From Eubacteriales bacterium (lineage in GTDB: Bacteria > Bacillota > Clostridia > Oscillospirales > QAKW01), in contig JAZNGR010000062.1 in NCBI GenBank assembly GCA_045576575.1, positions 1-38,977 on the forward strand: a stretch of DNA of 38,977 nucleotides. The letters are read 5' to 3'. Below are positions 14,581 through 22,601 of the stretch, piece by piece. A model generated the notes under the pieces. That model did no database searches and had not been told where the DNA came from. It saw only the letters and a list, made by a program, of their open reading frames with translations. Position 1 is the stretch's first letter. Each line of letters begins with the position of its first letter. Both the position numbers and the translations under genes were made by a program.

Positions 14581-14640
14581 TCGCTCTTTTTCGACAAGGT
14601 TTTCCACATTTCCACAGAGTTTTCCACAGGCGATATTATG
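14581..14640. promoter_or_regulatory. Triple DnaA-box-like array upstream of the promoter
   Basis: TTTTCCACA lies at 14600-14608, TTTCCACA at 14609-16 and TTTTCCACA at 14620-14628. TTTTCGC/TTTTTCGA tracts precede them. Confidence 0.5.
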
Positions 14641-14655
14641 AAATAAAATATCATT

Positions 14656-14684
14656 TTAACCAAGTGGTTAAATTGGTGTATAAT
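14656..14684 (+). promoter_or_regulatory. Promoter-like element with palindromic operator
   Basis: The -10 TATAAT is at 14679-14684, preceded by GTG. The -35 TTAACC is at 14656-14661. The -35 is embedded in the palindrome TTAACCA-AG-TGGTTAA (14656-14671). Confidence 0.45.
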
Positions 14685-14690
14685 AAAAAA

Positions 14691-14905
14691 GCCCCCTCTT
14701 CGGCACTTCGGGCGCTGGGATCGAGGGGCTGCACCGTAATTGTCGCCTGAAAAAACGAAGCACTGATAGGGCGGCCGGTGTTTAAGTCGGGAACAAGGGC
14801 AGTGCCTTGGGGTCGGAGATCTTCGGACTGGCCGACCTCCCGCACCACTGACCTGCCATGTGTAGGATCAGTTATAAGGGCGGCGGTGGGGCCGTTCCTT
14901 TTTTT
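14691..14905 (+). ncRNA. Candidate structured small RNA A (~215 nt), family unknown
   Basis: It runs from the promoter at 14656-14684 to a hairpin plus T7 at 14881-14905. It is GC-rich with helices such as GCCCCTC/GAGGGGC and GGTCGG...CCGACC (14811-14837, UUCG-capped). No credible ORF is present. Confidence 0.4.
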
Positions 14906-14906
14906 G

Positions 14907-14915
14907 TGGTATAAT
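14907..14915 (+). promoter_or_regulatory. Extended -10 promoter-like element TGGTATAAT
   Basis: It is an exact TGGTATAAT immediately after the RNA A terminator. Confidence 0.4.
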
Positions 14916-14921
14916 TAAAAA

Positions 14922-14975
14922 TGAGTCCAATTGTTTTACAACAGAAAAAGGCCGGATTCCATCGCGGCCTTTTTT
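14922..14975 (+). ncRNA. Candidate short RNA B (~55 nt)
   Basis: It runs from the promoter at 14907-14915 to the bidirectional terminator GGCCG(14950-54)/CGGCC(14965-69) plus T6. Confidence 0.3.
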
Positions 14976-15144
14976 GTGTGTGTAGAGACAGTCTTTTGGC
15001 GAGGCTGTCAAGTATAGTAGTGTGCGGATGTGGAGGTTATGCCCCCCGCACGCGAGCTTTCCCATTCGGGTCATCCTTCCGGACTAGGCACGGTCTCCGT
15101 AGAGTTACACCAGAACCGTTATTTATTAGAAGCGGCCGCCCGCT
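14945..15144 (-). ncRNA. Candidate structured small RNA D (~200 nt), family unknown
   Basis: It runs from the minus-strand TGGTATAAT (15151-15159) to the shared terminator at 14945-14969. Hairpins include AGCGG-GCGG-CCGCT, ACGGTTCTG...CGGAGACCGT, GTGCGG...CCGCAC and GACAG...CTGTC. No credible ORF is present. Confidence 0.4.
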
Positions 15145-15150
15145 GCTTTC

Positions 15151-15159
15151 ATTATACCA
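15151..15159 (-). promoter_or_regulatory. Extended -10 promoter-like element TGGTATAAT (minus)
   Basis: Plus-strand attatacca at 15151-15159 reads TGGTATAAT on the minus strand. Confidence 0.45.
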
Positions 15160-15160
15160 T

Positions 15161-15225
15161 AAACAAGAGCCGCCGGAATATTCCGACGGTTCCAGGCGCT
15201 CCTCCTACGCTCGGCAGGTGAGACT
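15161..15225 (-). ncRNA. Candidate short RNA C (~65 nt)
   Basis: It runs from the minus-strand TGGTATAAT (15232-15240) to the hairpin CCGTCGGAATATTCCGGCGG (15170-15189) plus CTCTTGTTT. It contains AGGAGGAG. Confidence 0.3.
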
Positions 15226-15231
15226 GTTTTT

Positions 15232-15240
15232 ATTATACCA
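15232..15240 (-). promoter_or_regulatory. Extended -10 promoter-like element TGGTATAAT (minus)
   Basis: Plus-strand attatacca at 15232-15240. It follows the hairpin GGGGCTGG/CCGGCCCC downstream of gene 15295..15537. Confidence 0.45.
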
Positions 15241-15294
15241 CGGAAGGCGAGAGGGGCCGGCAAAACCAGCCCCTTCGAGATATTGGATCACCTC

Positions 15295-15537
15295 CTAGGT
15301 CGTTTGAACCCCGCTGACTTCCAGGCAGCGTCTATACACGGCATTATTTCGCGCCTGGTATTCCTGCTTGACGGCAAGTGGGAGCTGGCGCAGTAAACAG
15401 TCCGGCACATAGCCATTGAAGCTACAGTACACGTCCGGGCCGAGCTGCGTCACCTCGAAGCTGCCATGCTCCATGATTTCCATGAAGCGCTGCCGCTCTT
15501 CCGGGATCTCGAAAGTCGCTTTTATTTGGATTCGCAT
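15295..15537 (-). CDS. Hypothetical protein (80 aa)
   Basis: It is an ORF with the RBS GAAAGGAGATCACCT-ATG and a TATAAT about 35 nt upstream. Confidence 0.65.
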   Translation of the reverse strand: MRIQIKATFEIPEERQRFMEIMEHGSFEVTQLGPDVYCSFNGYVPDCLLRQLPLAVKQEYQARNNAVYRRCLEVSGVQTT

Positions 15538-15586
15538 AGGTGATCTCCTTTCTCGTTAAAGAGCCAGCGACTACATTTTTATTATA

Positions 15587-15805
15587 CTATTTATTTTGAA
15601 GTTCGTTTATTTTTGCTTTAAGATTCCGGTTTTCTCGCTCCAGCTCTCGAATACGCGCTGCTTGGGCGGCGAAGCCGGCTTTGTAAAGTTCGTAATTTTC
15701 CTTTAGATTCTTCATGATTAGATTATAGCACCTTTTAATTACGTCGATTTCGCCGTAATTAGACCGATTTCGTGCCATTTGGAGCTTTGCCATATTTTGC
15801 GACAT
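15587..15805 (-). CDS. Hypothetical coiled-coil protein (72 aa)
   Basis: It is an ORF with a C-terminal heptad-like segment (IRELERENRNLKAKINELQNK). The RBS is weak. Confidence 0.55.
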   Translation of the reverse strand: MSQNMAKLQMARNRSNYGEIDVIKRCYNLIMKNLKENYELYKAGFAAQAARIRELERENRNLKAKINELQNK

Positions 15806-15982
15806 TAGGGGTTTTGTTTACATCGACCTCTGATATGTTAAGTTTTTCGCATTTCTGTTGACAAGTGCCAGGTATTTGTAAAGTTTTTCGGGTTATACCC
15901 CGAAAGCCCGGCAGATTTGGACTAGCACTCCATTTTTGCCGGATTCGCTACTATAAAGCCCTTTTATACATCTCGGCCGACA

Positions 15983-16017
15983 TATAAAGAAAAGTGGCTT
16001 TTCTTTTCAAGTCACTT
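15983..16017 (-). terminator. Terminator-like hairpin at end of tail operon
   Basis: The minus strand reads AAGTGACTT-GAAAAGAA-AAGCCACTT followed by TTTCTTTAT. Confidence 0.45.
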
Positions 16018-16233
16018 GCCCTTTCTTTTGTCTTTGTAGCGATCCGGTCGCGCGCGGCGGCCGCGTATAAACTTCATTGGCGCGTAACCATCCGCCCACG
16101 GCGCGTATTTGCTGGCTCTAGTGCGTTTATATACGCGGCTGTTTACCTCCATCTCATCCTCGGTGTAGTTTTGGTGCTTGGGCCTTGCCTCTGGCCACTG
16201 GCTGCGCCCTTCGCGGGTGGGAATTCTCCGCAC
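16012..16233 (-). CDS. Hypothetical highly basic protein (73 aa)
   Basis: Its GTG start overlaps the upstream TAG by 1 nt. The sequence is very Arg/Lys-rich. A plus-strand ORF mirrors it, so coding status is uncertain. Confidence 0.4.
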   Translation of the reverse strand: MRRIPTREGRSQWPEARPKHQNYTEDEMEVNSRVYKRTRASKYAPWADGYAPMKFIRGRRARPDRYKDKRKGK

Positions 16234-16619
16234 TAGATCTTCCCTTCGTTTTTTAACTTCTCCACTTCGGTTTTGACATAAGAGTTCCCGCCGATCTCCG
16301 GCGAGGTGTAGTGTCCGTAGGTTTCGTGGAATCGCTCCAGCTCCACATCCGTGAGTTTGTTGCCGTTCTTAATGTCTGCGATCAAGCGCACCAGGATGGT
16401 CTTATCGGCCTCATATTCGCTCCTGACCACCTTTCTATCCACGGCGTCGATCTTTATGTTTAACTGGTCAATTTTCGCGTTGGTGGGCGCCATGCTGCTC
16501 TGTAGCCATTTTGTGGCCGCGGCGCTGGCTTTTTCCCATAAATACTCCAGTCCTTTAATAAGAGCCACCAGCCCGGCGATTCCACCCGCTGCTATTGCGA
16601 CAAATTGACCCAGCTCCAT
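16233..16619 (-). CDS. Membrane-anchored coiled-coil protein (128 aa)
   Basis: The N-terminal TM helix is FVAIAAGGIAGLVALIKGL, followed by a coiled coil. Its start overlaps the stop of the 695-aa fibre gene. Confidence 0.65.
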   Translation of the reverse strand: MELGQFVAIAAGGIAGLVALIKGLEYLWEKASAAATKWLQSSMAPTNAKIDQLNIKIDAVDRKVVRSEYEADKTILVRLIADIKNGNKLTDVELERFHETYGHYTSPEIGGNSYVKTEVEKLKNEGKI

Positions 16620-18706
16620 TACCCCACTACCTCCACGGTTAGAGCAGTCCTACAACCGAAGTCATTACCGTTGATCGCGTCGTTTGTGTCTGACGTGTAA
16701 TACATAAGATAGAGGACATCACCCTCGCTCACATCCCCCAAGGTTGGCGTGATTGAAATTACATCTTGACTGGTGGCCTCAATCGGCTCAAAAGCCCAGG
16801 CAAGAGTGTTGGCGTTTGAATATGTATTTTTCACGATCCGCAAGTGCCTATTCCCCGCAGTGGAAGATGTGCCTATTAGCATACGCCCGGAGACTAGCAC
16901 CTTACTCACGCCCTTGCCGATTTTAATGCCGCCATTTGAGGTCGCAGTTAGTTTTCCGCCGGTGGAGTTTTGGAGATCAAGCGGAACTATAGTATACGTG
17001 TTCACCGCCAGGCTTGTCTCATTCGCGCTCAAGCTGCGGGTCATCACGCTGGGTTTAAGATTAAGCCCGTCCACCTCCAGGCTTTCTTCGTCTTGTGGAA
17101 AACAGTTAATCGCCATGGACCGGAGCAGTCGGTCGAAGAATACCTGGGGCATTCCTCTTGGAATCGAGGCGTTATAGGTGGTGGTGCCGAAGAGATCCTT
17201 TAGCTGCACTTGCACATCCCAGGCATAGTCTTTGTCGAGGTTTAACACCGAGGTGACGCCATCCTGGAGGGTGACATAGCTGCCATACTCGCTATCAGTG
17301 GCCTTTTTGTAGCGCGCTTTAATTGTGATGGTGTTTTTACCGTCCAGGTAGGAATAGTCCGCGTTGACGTTGATGTCGGTTTCTGAATAGTAGTTGTTGT
17401 GGCGCTGCAAGAAGATCTCGGCCGTGGGAAGTACCCAGTCCAGCATAGTTACAGTGATCTCTTTCGAGGCCGTCAAGCCGCGGCTATCTGTCACAGTGAC
17501 GGTGGCCGTCACGTCGCTGGCACTGTTTATCGTGACGTTGCTCACCGTGGCGGTTGTTCCGCTGATCGTCATGTTATGAGTGACGCCGTTGACCTGGAGC
17601 GTCGCCGTCCTTAGCGTGGCCGAATTATTGGCGGTGAGAGAGGCCGTAAATTGTACCGTGCTTTGGCTGCGGATGATCTGCTGGTCATTTTCGGTGATGG
17701 CCGTAGTGCTGCTATTGGTGTCTCTATATGAGACGCTTGAGACCGCCGGTTTACACACGTTCTGGTTGACCGAATAGGTGCCGCCGGTCTTGGTGCTGAC
17801 TTGCGTGCCATAAGTCACTTTGACCCTATATGTGCCGCTCTTTGCGTTCGGAATACTGGCATATAGTCGATTTACTACCACCGTGCCATTGTAGCCGCTG
17901 ATCGAGGAGCCGGTGGTGGTGTCATCGGAGATCTGGCTGCCATCGGCGCCCAGGATGTTTACCCGAATACTCCGGCCGAGTGGATTATAAAAGCCGAGGG
18001 TGAGTTTGCTGCCGATCGTAAAGCTCGGCATAGAGCTGGCATAGGGGTAGTTATAGGTGGTGACGCTCAAGGCTGCGCTATCAGTAGTCTTTTGACTGTC
18101 TTTCCGGCGCACCCTTGTTTTAATGTTATAGGTGGTGTTTGCAGAAAGGCCGGTGATGGTATAGGTGCCGCTGGTGCCATCCGCCACGTTTATGCCAGTC
18201 CAGCTGGAGCCGTTGTTTGTTGAATACCAGATATAGTCCACGGTGGCCGAGGCTGCATACTTCATCACCGCCGTGGTTTCCGTGCGGCTTGACAAGGTTT
18301 GTGTTACAGAAGCATATTGAGGTATATTTGTCAAGTCCATGGTGCCGCTGCCGCTGATAGTGCCGAGCGAGACGCCGCCCCAGGAGATGTCAAGAGTGAT
18401 CGAAGCCGCCAGCGAGATCGTTTTAGAGCCATCGCTGTTGTGCGTCACGGTTTGGGTCTTGGAGATGAGGGTTTTGTCGCCGCTGCCGCCGATCGTACCG
18501 CTCCAGGTGTATTTCGTGCCGTTGATCGTACATGAGGCCGATTTGGTGGCACTAGAGGAGATCGCGGAGGGCCGCTTTAATACCAGTTTAATAGATAGCG
18601 TCGAAGTGTTGGCCGTGGTGCTGGTGGCCGTTTCCGTGACGGTTAGTACACCGTATGGCCTCTGGTTGGCCGTACTTCCGAAAGTAATTGTCTTTGTTGC
18701 TGCCAT
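16619..18706 (-). CDS. Tail fibre/baseplate structural protein with FN3 domain
   Basis: It is 695 aa and Ser/Thr-rich with beta-rich composition. The FN3-like signature is TGLSANTTYNIKTRVRRKD. It lies directly after Tal. Confidence 0.8.
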   Translation of the reverse strand: MAATKTITFGSTANQRPYGVLTVTETATSTTANTSTLSIKLVLKRPSAISSSATKSASCTINGTKYTWSGTIGGSGDKTLISKTQTVTHNSDGSKTISLAASITLDISWGGVSLGTISGSGTMDLTNIPQYASVTQTLSSRTETTAVMKYAASATVDYIWYSTNNGSSWTGINVADGTSGTYTITGLSANTTYNIKTRVRRKDSQKTTDSAALSVTTYNYPYASSMPSFTIGSKLTLGFYNPLGRSIRVNILGADGSQISDDTTTGSSISGYNGTVVVNRLYASIPNAKSGTYRVKVTYGTQVSTKTGGTYSVNQNVCKPAVSSVSYRDTNSSTTAITENDQQIIRSQSTVQFTASLTANNSATLRTATLQVNGVTHNMTISGTTATVSNVTINSASDVTATVTVTDSRGLTASKEITVTMLDWVLPTAEIFLQRHNNYYSETDINVNADYSYLDGKNTITIKARYKKATDSEYGSYVTLQDGVTSVLNLDKDYAWDVQVQLKDLFGTTTYNASIPRGMPQVFFDRLLRSMAINCFPQDEESLEVDGLNLKPSVMTRSLSANETSLAVNTYTIVPLDLQNSTGGKLTATSNGGIKIGKGVSKVLVSGRMLIGTSSTAGNRHLRIVKNTYSNANTLAWAFEPIEATSQDVISITPTLGDVSEGDVLYLMYYTSDTNDAINGNDFGCRTALTVEVVG

Positions 18707-20404
18707 CTATTGTCCTCCTACCTTTGTTATGGAAGCTCCGGCCACGCTCACCAGCCCGATCCCGTCGTTTACAGTGACACCGTTCTCGGTTAGGGTGATC
18801 GGAATAAAGCGGAGCTTGTTACAGAGCGTGATTTCCTCCTCGATGGTTGACTTCTTCATGTGGAAGCCATCCTGCGCTGCGTAAAACATCTTATTTCCAA
18901 GGCGGTCATAGCCGGCGAAGCCCACCTGGTTATTTAACATCACATAGGAGCCATCGAGGCCGTACATCTTGAGGCCGTCTTTGGTCATCTGGCAGATGAG
19001 GTTGTTCGCCTCATCATAGATCTCAAGCTGGCCGTTCTGGTTTAAGTTCGAGCCGAGCTTGAGTACACCGCCTTTGATGAGATCCGCGGTGAAGTTGATC
19101 ACGCTGGCGGCCTGGGCGTTAAATTTGCCGTCTATTGTCCAGGCGGTGACAAAATTGCCGTTGACCCCGGTTTGTGAAAAGGCGATCCCGCCATTATTTA
19201 TCATGATCACATTCTGCGCGCTCTCTTTTGGCAGGTTGTCCACCACCAGGATTTTATCACCCTCATAGACCACATAGCTATCACCGAGCGCGGCCCAGAT
19301 TTCGTCCTGGGCTTTTTGCAGATCGTTTGTGATCGACATTTGGATGTTGGCGGTGTTTTCATCCACGATGGTTTGGGTTTGTGAAGTGATGTTACTCACC
19401 AGGTTAGAAAGTGAGTTTTTGAAGGTGCCGAACTCAATTTGTGTGTACCTGCCGAGAATACAGTCATAGTCATAGGCGATCACATTTGTGAGGATGTTGA
19501 CCCCCAGGCGTTCGTCTATCACCTCCACCGTGTCGCCCACATCGGTGACCTTTTCGAGGTTGGCTTTTAGGGTGTAGTTGACCTTCGGCACATAGTGTTC
19601 GTTGATGTAGTCTTGCGCTTGCGCCAGGAGATCTTCCTGGAGCGCGGCGTGCAGAGCCTGTTCGTTAATATTGCCGGCCGAATCCTTATACTCGTCCTCG
19701 TCAATTTCCTGGTTAAATGAGATCGTTTTAGTGTATGGGATGGCATAAGAGATCGGAGCGTAAACATAAAGGTCATCATCCAGGGTCATGCCATCTCTTC
19801 CCACCGGCAGAAGCTGGGTGACTACATTATCCCAGTTATACTCCACGGTAATGTCTTTGAGGTTCTTGCCATAGCGCACGGTGACGCCGTTGTCCTGGCC
19901 GATTTGTTGGCGAACTTGGATCTCGAAGTTATCACGCACCAAGTGGCCGCCCCAGCGTTCTATTACCACCTGGATCGCCTCAAAGAGCGACTTTCGCACG
20001 CACCGGTATGAATCCACCACCCCGATGTCTGAAAGCGTTGTAAAGGGGCTTTGTGGCTCCGTGGCACTGTTTAAGTGATCGAGCGCGGCGTTACAGTTCT
20101 TGTCCACGACATAGCTGTCCACGATCAAGAGGTTTTTACTGTCATAAAATACATGTTGACAAGTGGTGGTGACTTTGTGCTTGGTTTGGGTGACGTTGCT
20201 CACCCGGAAGGCTTGATCACCCTGGGGCGTTGGCGCTACGATGATCCGGCCCTCGGTGAGATCGTCAACATACGAAAGCGAAGCCTCAAGATCCAGGTAA
20301 TAAGCGCCGTTGTCCTCTTTATGTACTTTGGCCTTGATTGGGGTAATTACTTTGTCGCCGTTCGAGGTAAATATCTTATCAGTAACACCGAAAAGCTTAA
20401 TCAT
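18707..20404 (-). CDS. Tail-associated lysin-like protein (Tal; phage minor structural protein N-terminal region / prophage tail endopeptidase family)
   Basis: The N-terminus MIKLFGVTDKIFTSNGDKVI...AFRVSNVTQ...VRYGKNLKDITVEYNWDNVVTQLLPVG is typical of siphovirus Tal proteins. Confidence 0.8.
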   Translation of the reverse strand: MIKLFGVTDKIFTSNGDKVITPIKAKVHKEDNGAYYLDLEASLSYVDDLTEGRIIVAPTPQGDQAFRVSNVTQTKHKVTTTCQHVFYDSKNLLIVDSYVVDKNCNAALDHLNSATEPQSPFTTLSDIGVVDSYRCVRKSLFEAIQVVIERWGGHLVRDNFEIQVRQQIGQDNGVTVRYGKNLKDITVEYNWDNVVTQLLPVGRDGMTLDDDLYVYAPISYAIPYTKTISFNQEIDEDEYKDSAGNINEQALHAALQEDLLAQAQDYINEHYVPKVNYTLKANLEKVTDVGDTVEVIDERLGVNILTNVIAYDYDCILGRYTQIEFGTFKNSLSNLVSNITSQTQTIVDENTANIQMSITNDLQKAQDEIWAALGDSYVVYEGDKILVVDNLPKESAQNVIMINNGGIAFSQTGVNGNFVTAWTIDGKFNAQAASVINFTADLIKGGVLKLGSNLNQNGQLEIYDEANNLICQMTKDGLKMYGLDGSYVMLNNQVGFAGYDRLGNKMFYAAQDGFHMKKSTIEEEITLCNKLRFIPITLTENGVTVNDGIGLVSVAGASITKVGGQ

Positions 20405-20417
20405 TCACCCACCCCCT

Positions 20418-22580
20418 TTAATTCACTAATTCCACAAAGGTGGCCACCTGCCCACAACATAGCCAGGTCAACCCATCGCTAGTGGTCTCGTTCGCGCCTA
20501 GAGTGGTGGATGTCGGAGCCGCGGTTGAAGTGCCGGCCGTCGTACACTGATATACATAGCCGTTAGATAGCACGAGAGCATTCGAGGTGTATGCCGCACC
20601 ACTACTCCAATTCGTTGTTGTATAATATCCGCCTCTTGTACACGCCCATCCCAGTGATGTTGAGCTTGGCGAGTATTTATAAATAACCTCGCCCTGGGCG
20701 ACATAGCGACCCATATACGCACTTAAAGAGGCTAGGCTACTATTAGGATTATTTTTGAAGGCGAACAAGCCTTTGTTATTACGTATAGAATTAACCCCAG
20801 ATATGCTGCCGGCAGACTGATAAATGACATACGCTATGGGGTTCTCTAGCCTGTTATCCTCGATAGTTAGATTGACTAGATGGTAAGTGCAGAGAATCAT
20901 CTGGAGTAAAGGAGCGTTGCCTTTAATGCTATTATTTTTGATAGTGGTGTACTCCATCCGCTCGGCCTTGTTGACTGGTTCCGTCCTAGTGGCGTTTACT
21001 CTGAACGTGTTGTTTTCAAAACATAGGTGGTACTCTGACTTGAGGTTAGCAAACATAGCGGTGTCATTGTTGGTTAAATCGACCAGGTTGTCTTTTATTG
21101 AGAGATTGTGCGAGACGTAGTCTTGCAAGAAATAATCGACCGTGGTGTCGTTGTTAGTTAAAAAGGTGTTGCCTTGGATGAGGGTGCCTCTGCAGGTGTC
21201 TTTAAGTTGAATTTTGTTATCTATAGAGTTATTTACGACTACACTATTTGTACACTTTTCAAGCGTCAGGAACCCGGTTGTCGTATTTTTGCAGCTATTC
21301 TCTGAAATAATACACCCGGTCGTGTGATATAGATCTATGTTATTATTGTCAAACTGGTTAGCGCTAATAACTAGATCGTGTAGCTCTGTTTCAATGTTGC
21401 GCACGGCTCGTTGATTAGTATTGACGTTTCTGAACGTGTTTCCCAGCAGCGTGACATAGCTTCTCCCAATAGTTACTCCTTCACTATCGCCCTCAAACAC
21501 GTTGTTTGTGATCATAACATTAGTGTAAGAGGTGTAACTACTTACTGCTATGCCTGTGTAATATCTATTATAACCGCTTTGGTAAGCCGCTCCTACGTTA
21601 TCAGAGTTAAAGTAGTTGCCGGAAAAACTGGCCCTGCCTGCGGTTGTATTCATTAGCCCAATATTACAGTGAATAATCGCATTATCGGTGATAGAACATC
21701 CTATGCCCGCTTCTAAATGTATTCCCTTGGTATAGCCGTAAACATAGTTGTTTTGCATAACCAAACCATGTCCGTTTGTAAAGCTAAAGAGGTCATTGTC
21801 TGGGGTGTCTATGTTGTCTGTATCTAAACCATATTCAAACTCAAGTCCGCTCCGGCCGCAAATATACCCTGCACACGCCGAAGTTAAATATACCCGCTTG
21901 TTAATCAGGGTGTTATTTGTGAATTTTATATCAAAGCTAAAGAACGCCACGATCCCATCGCCAAAGTTATCCCACCCAGTAGGCCCCCCTTGAATTATGT
22001 TACCGCCGCCGACTGATTCTAAATAGCAGTTATTGACTATGCCGGTATGACATCTTTGGACTCGAATACCATCTCCGTATAGATCTTTAATAGTGACCCT
22101 ATCTATTGTGAAGTTTTTTACAAAGTTAAAGAAGATCCCTCTCAACCCTACATAGGCCGGGCTGCCGGAAGTTTGCGCCGGGGTCTCCATACTTTCCCCA
22201 CCTTTATACACTTGCTCGGTGCAGTCTATCTTGATGTTTTTTATGTGAATATTCGAGATGGGGGAGCCTTCCACACCTTCTGCCTTGATAAGGCTGCCAG
22301 TTATTCCGTCCCCCACATATTTAATGACCGTTCCAGTTGAACCAACAAGCTCAAAGTTTGAAAAATCTATATCTAGCGTGTCACTGATTACATAAACACC
22401 ATCGGGGAAGATGAGAGTTGTTACTCCGTTAGTCTTGCAGTAAGCGATTGCGTTATTAAGAGCGGTGGTATCATCTGTCGTACCATCACCTTTAACTCCA
22501 AACTGTTTGACATTAACCTTGCCCTGGCGCGCTACTACGTCCTTGACATCGTACCCATTTAATTTTGAAAATTCACTCAT
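20418..22580 (-). CDS. Tailspike/depolymerase with pectate-lyase-type right-handed beta-helix and CBM5/12-like C-terminus
   Basis: The N-terminus VNVKQFGVKGDGTTDDTTALNNAIAYCK is a Pectate_lyase_3 signature. Many N-rich parallel beta-helix repeats follow. The C-terminus is NWSSGAAYTSNALVLSNGYVYQCTTAGTS. Confidence 0.8.
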   Translation of the reverse strand: MSEFSKLNGYDVKDVVARQGKVNVKQFGVKGDGTTDDTTALNNAIAYCKTNGVTTLIFPDGVYVISDTLDIDFSNFELVGSTGTVIKYVGDGITGSLIKAEGVEGSPISNIHIKNIKIDCTEQVYKGGESMETPAQTSGSPAYVGLRGIFFNFVKNFTIDRVTIKDLYGDGIRVQRCHTGIVNNCYLESVGGGNIIQGGPTGWDNFGDGIVAFFSFDIKFTNNTLINKRVYLTSACAGYICGRSGLEFEYGLDTDNIDTPDNDLFSFTNGHGLVMQNNYVYGYTKGIHLEAGIGCSITDNAIIHCNIGLMNTTAGRASFSGNYFNSDNVGAAYQSGYNRYYTGIAVSSYTSYTNVMITNNVFEGDSEGVTIGRSYVTLLGNTFRNVNTNQRAVRNIETELHDLVISANQFDNNNIDLYHTTGCIISENSCKNTTTGFLTLEKCTNSVVVNNSIDNKIQLKDTCRGTLIQGNTFLTNNDTTVDYFLQDYVSHNLSIKDNLVDLTNNDTAMFANLKSEYHLCFENNTFRVNATRTEPVNKAERMEYTTIKNNSIKGNAPLLQMILCTYHLVNLTIEDNRLENPIAYVIYQSAGSISGVNSIRNNKGLFAFKNNPNSSLASLSAYMGRYVAQGEVIYKYSPSSTSLGWACTRGGYYTTTNWSSGAAYTSNALVLSNGYVYQCTTAGTSTAAPTSTTLGANETTSDGLTWLCCGQVATFVELVN

Positions 22581-22601
22581 TTTATATCCTTCCTTGTTAT
22601 A

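Noticed and set aside
15066-15086. GTCCGGAAGGA in candidate RNA D resembles the GGAA-tetraloop region of SRP (4.5S) RNA domain IV
   Set aside because: Only about 11 nt match. The flanking conserved SRP elements (the symmetric and asymmetric loop sequences such as AGCAGCC) are absent.
14651-15298. Track ORFs 14651..14848 (-), 14868..15074 (-) and 14921..15298 (+) inside the GC-rich island
   Set aside because: They have no RBS at proper spacing and an Arg/Cys/Pro/Gly-rich, non-protein-like composition. They run through strong hairpins and terminators and overlap one another on opposite strands. The region is better explained as non-coding RNA or regulatory DNA.
15858-16236. Plus-strand TTGACA-N15-TAAAGT promoter-like element and the 80-aa hydrophobic plus-strand ORF 15994..16236 mirroring the basic minus-strand ORF (possible toxin/antisense pair)
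   Set aside because: The spacer is only 15 nt and the -10 is poor. The plus ORF starts with GTG and has no RBS. There is no supporting terminator. The evidence is too weak to call, so the minus ORF is kept at low confidence.
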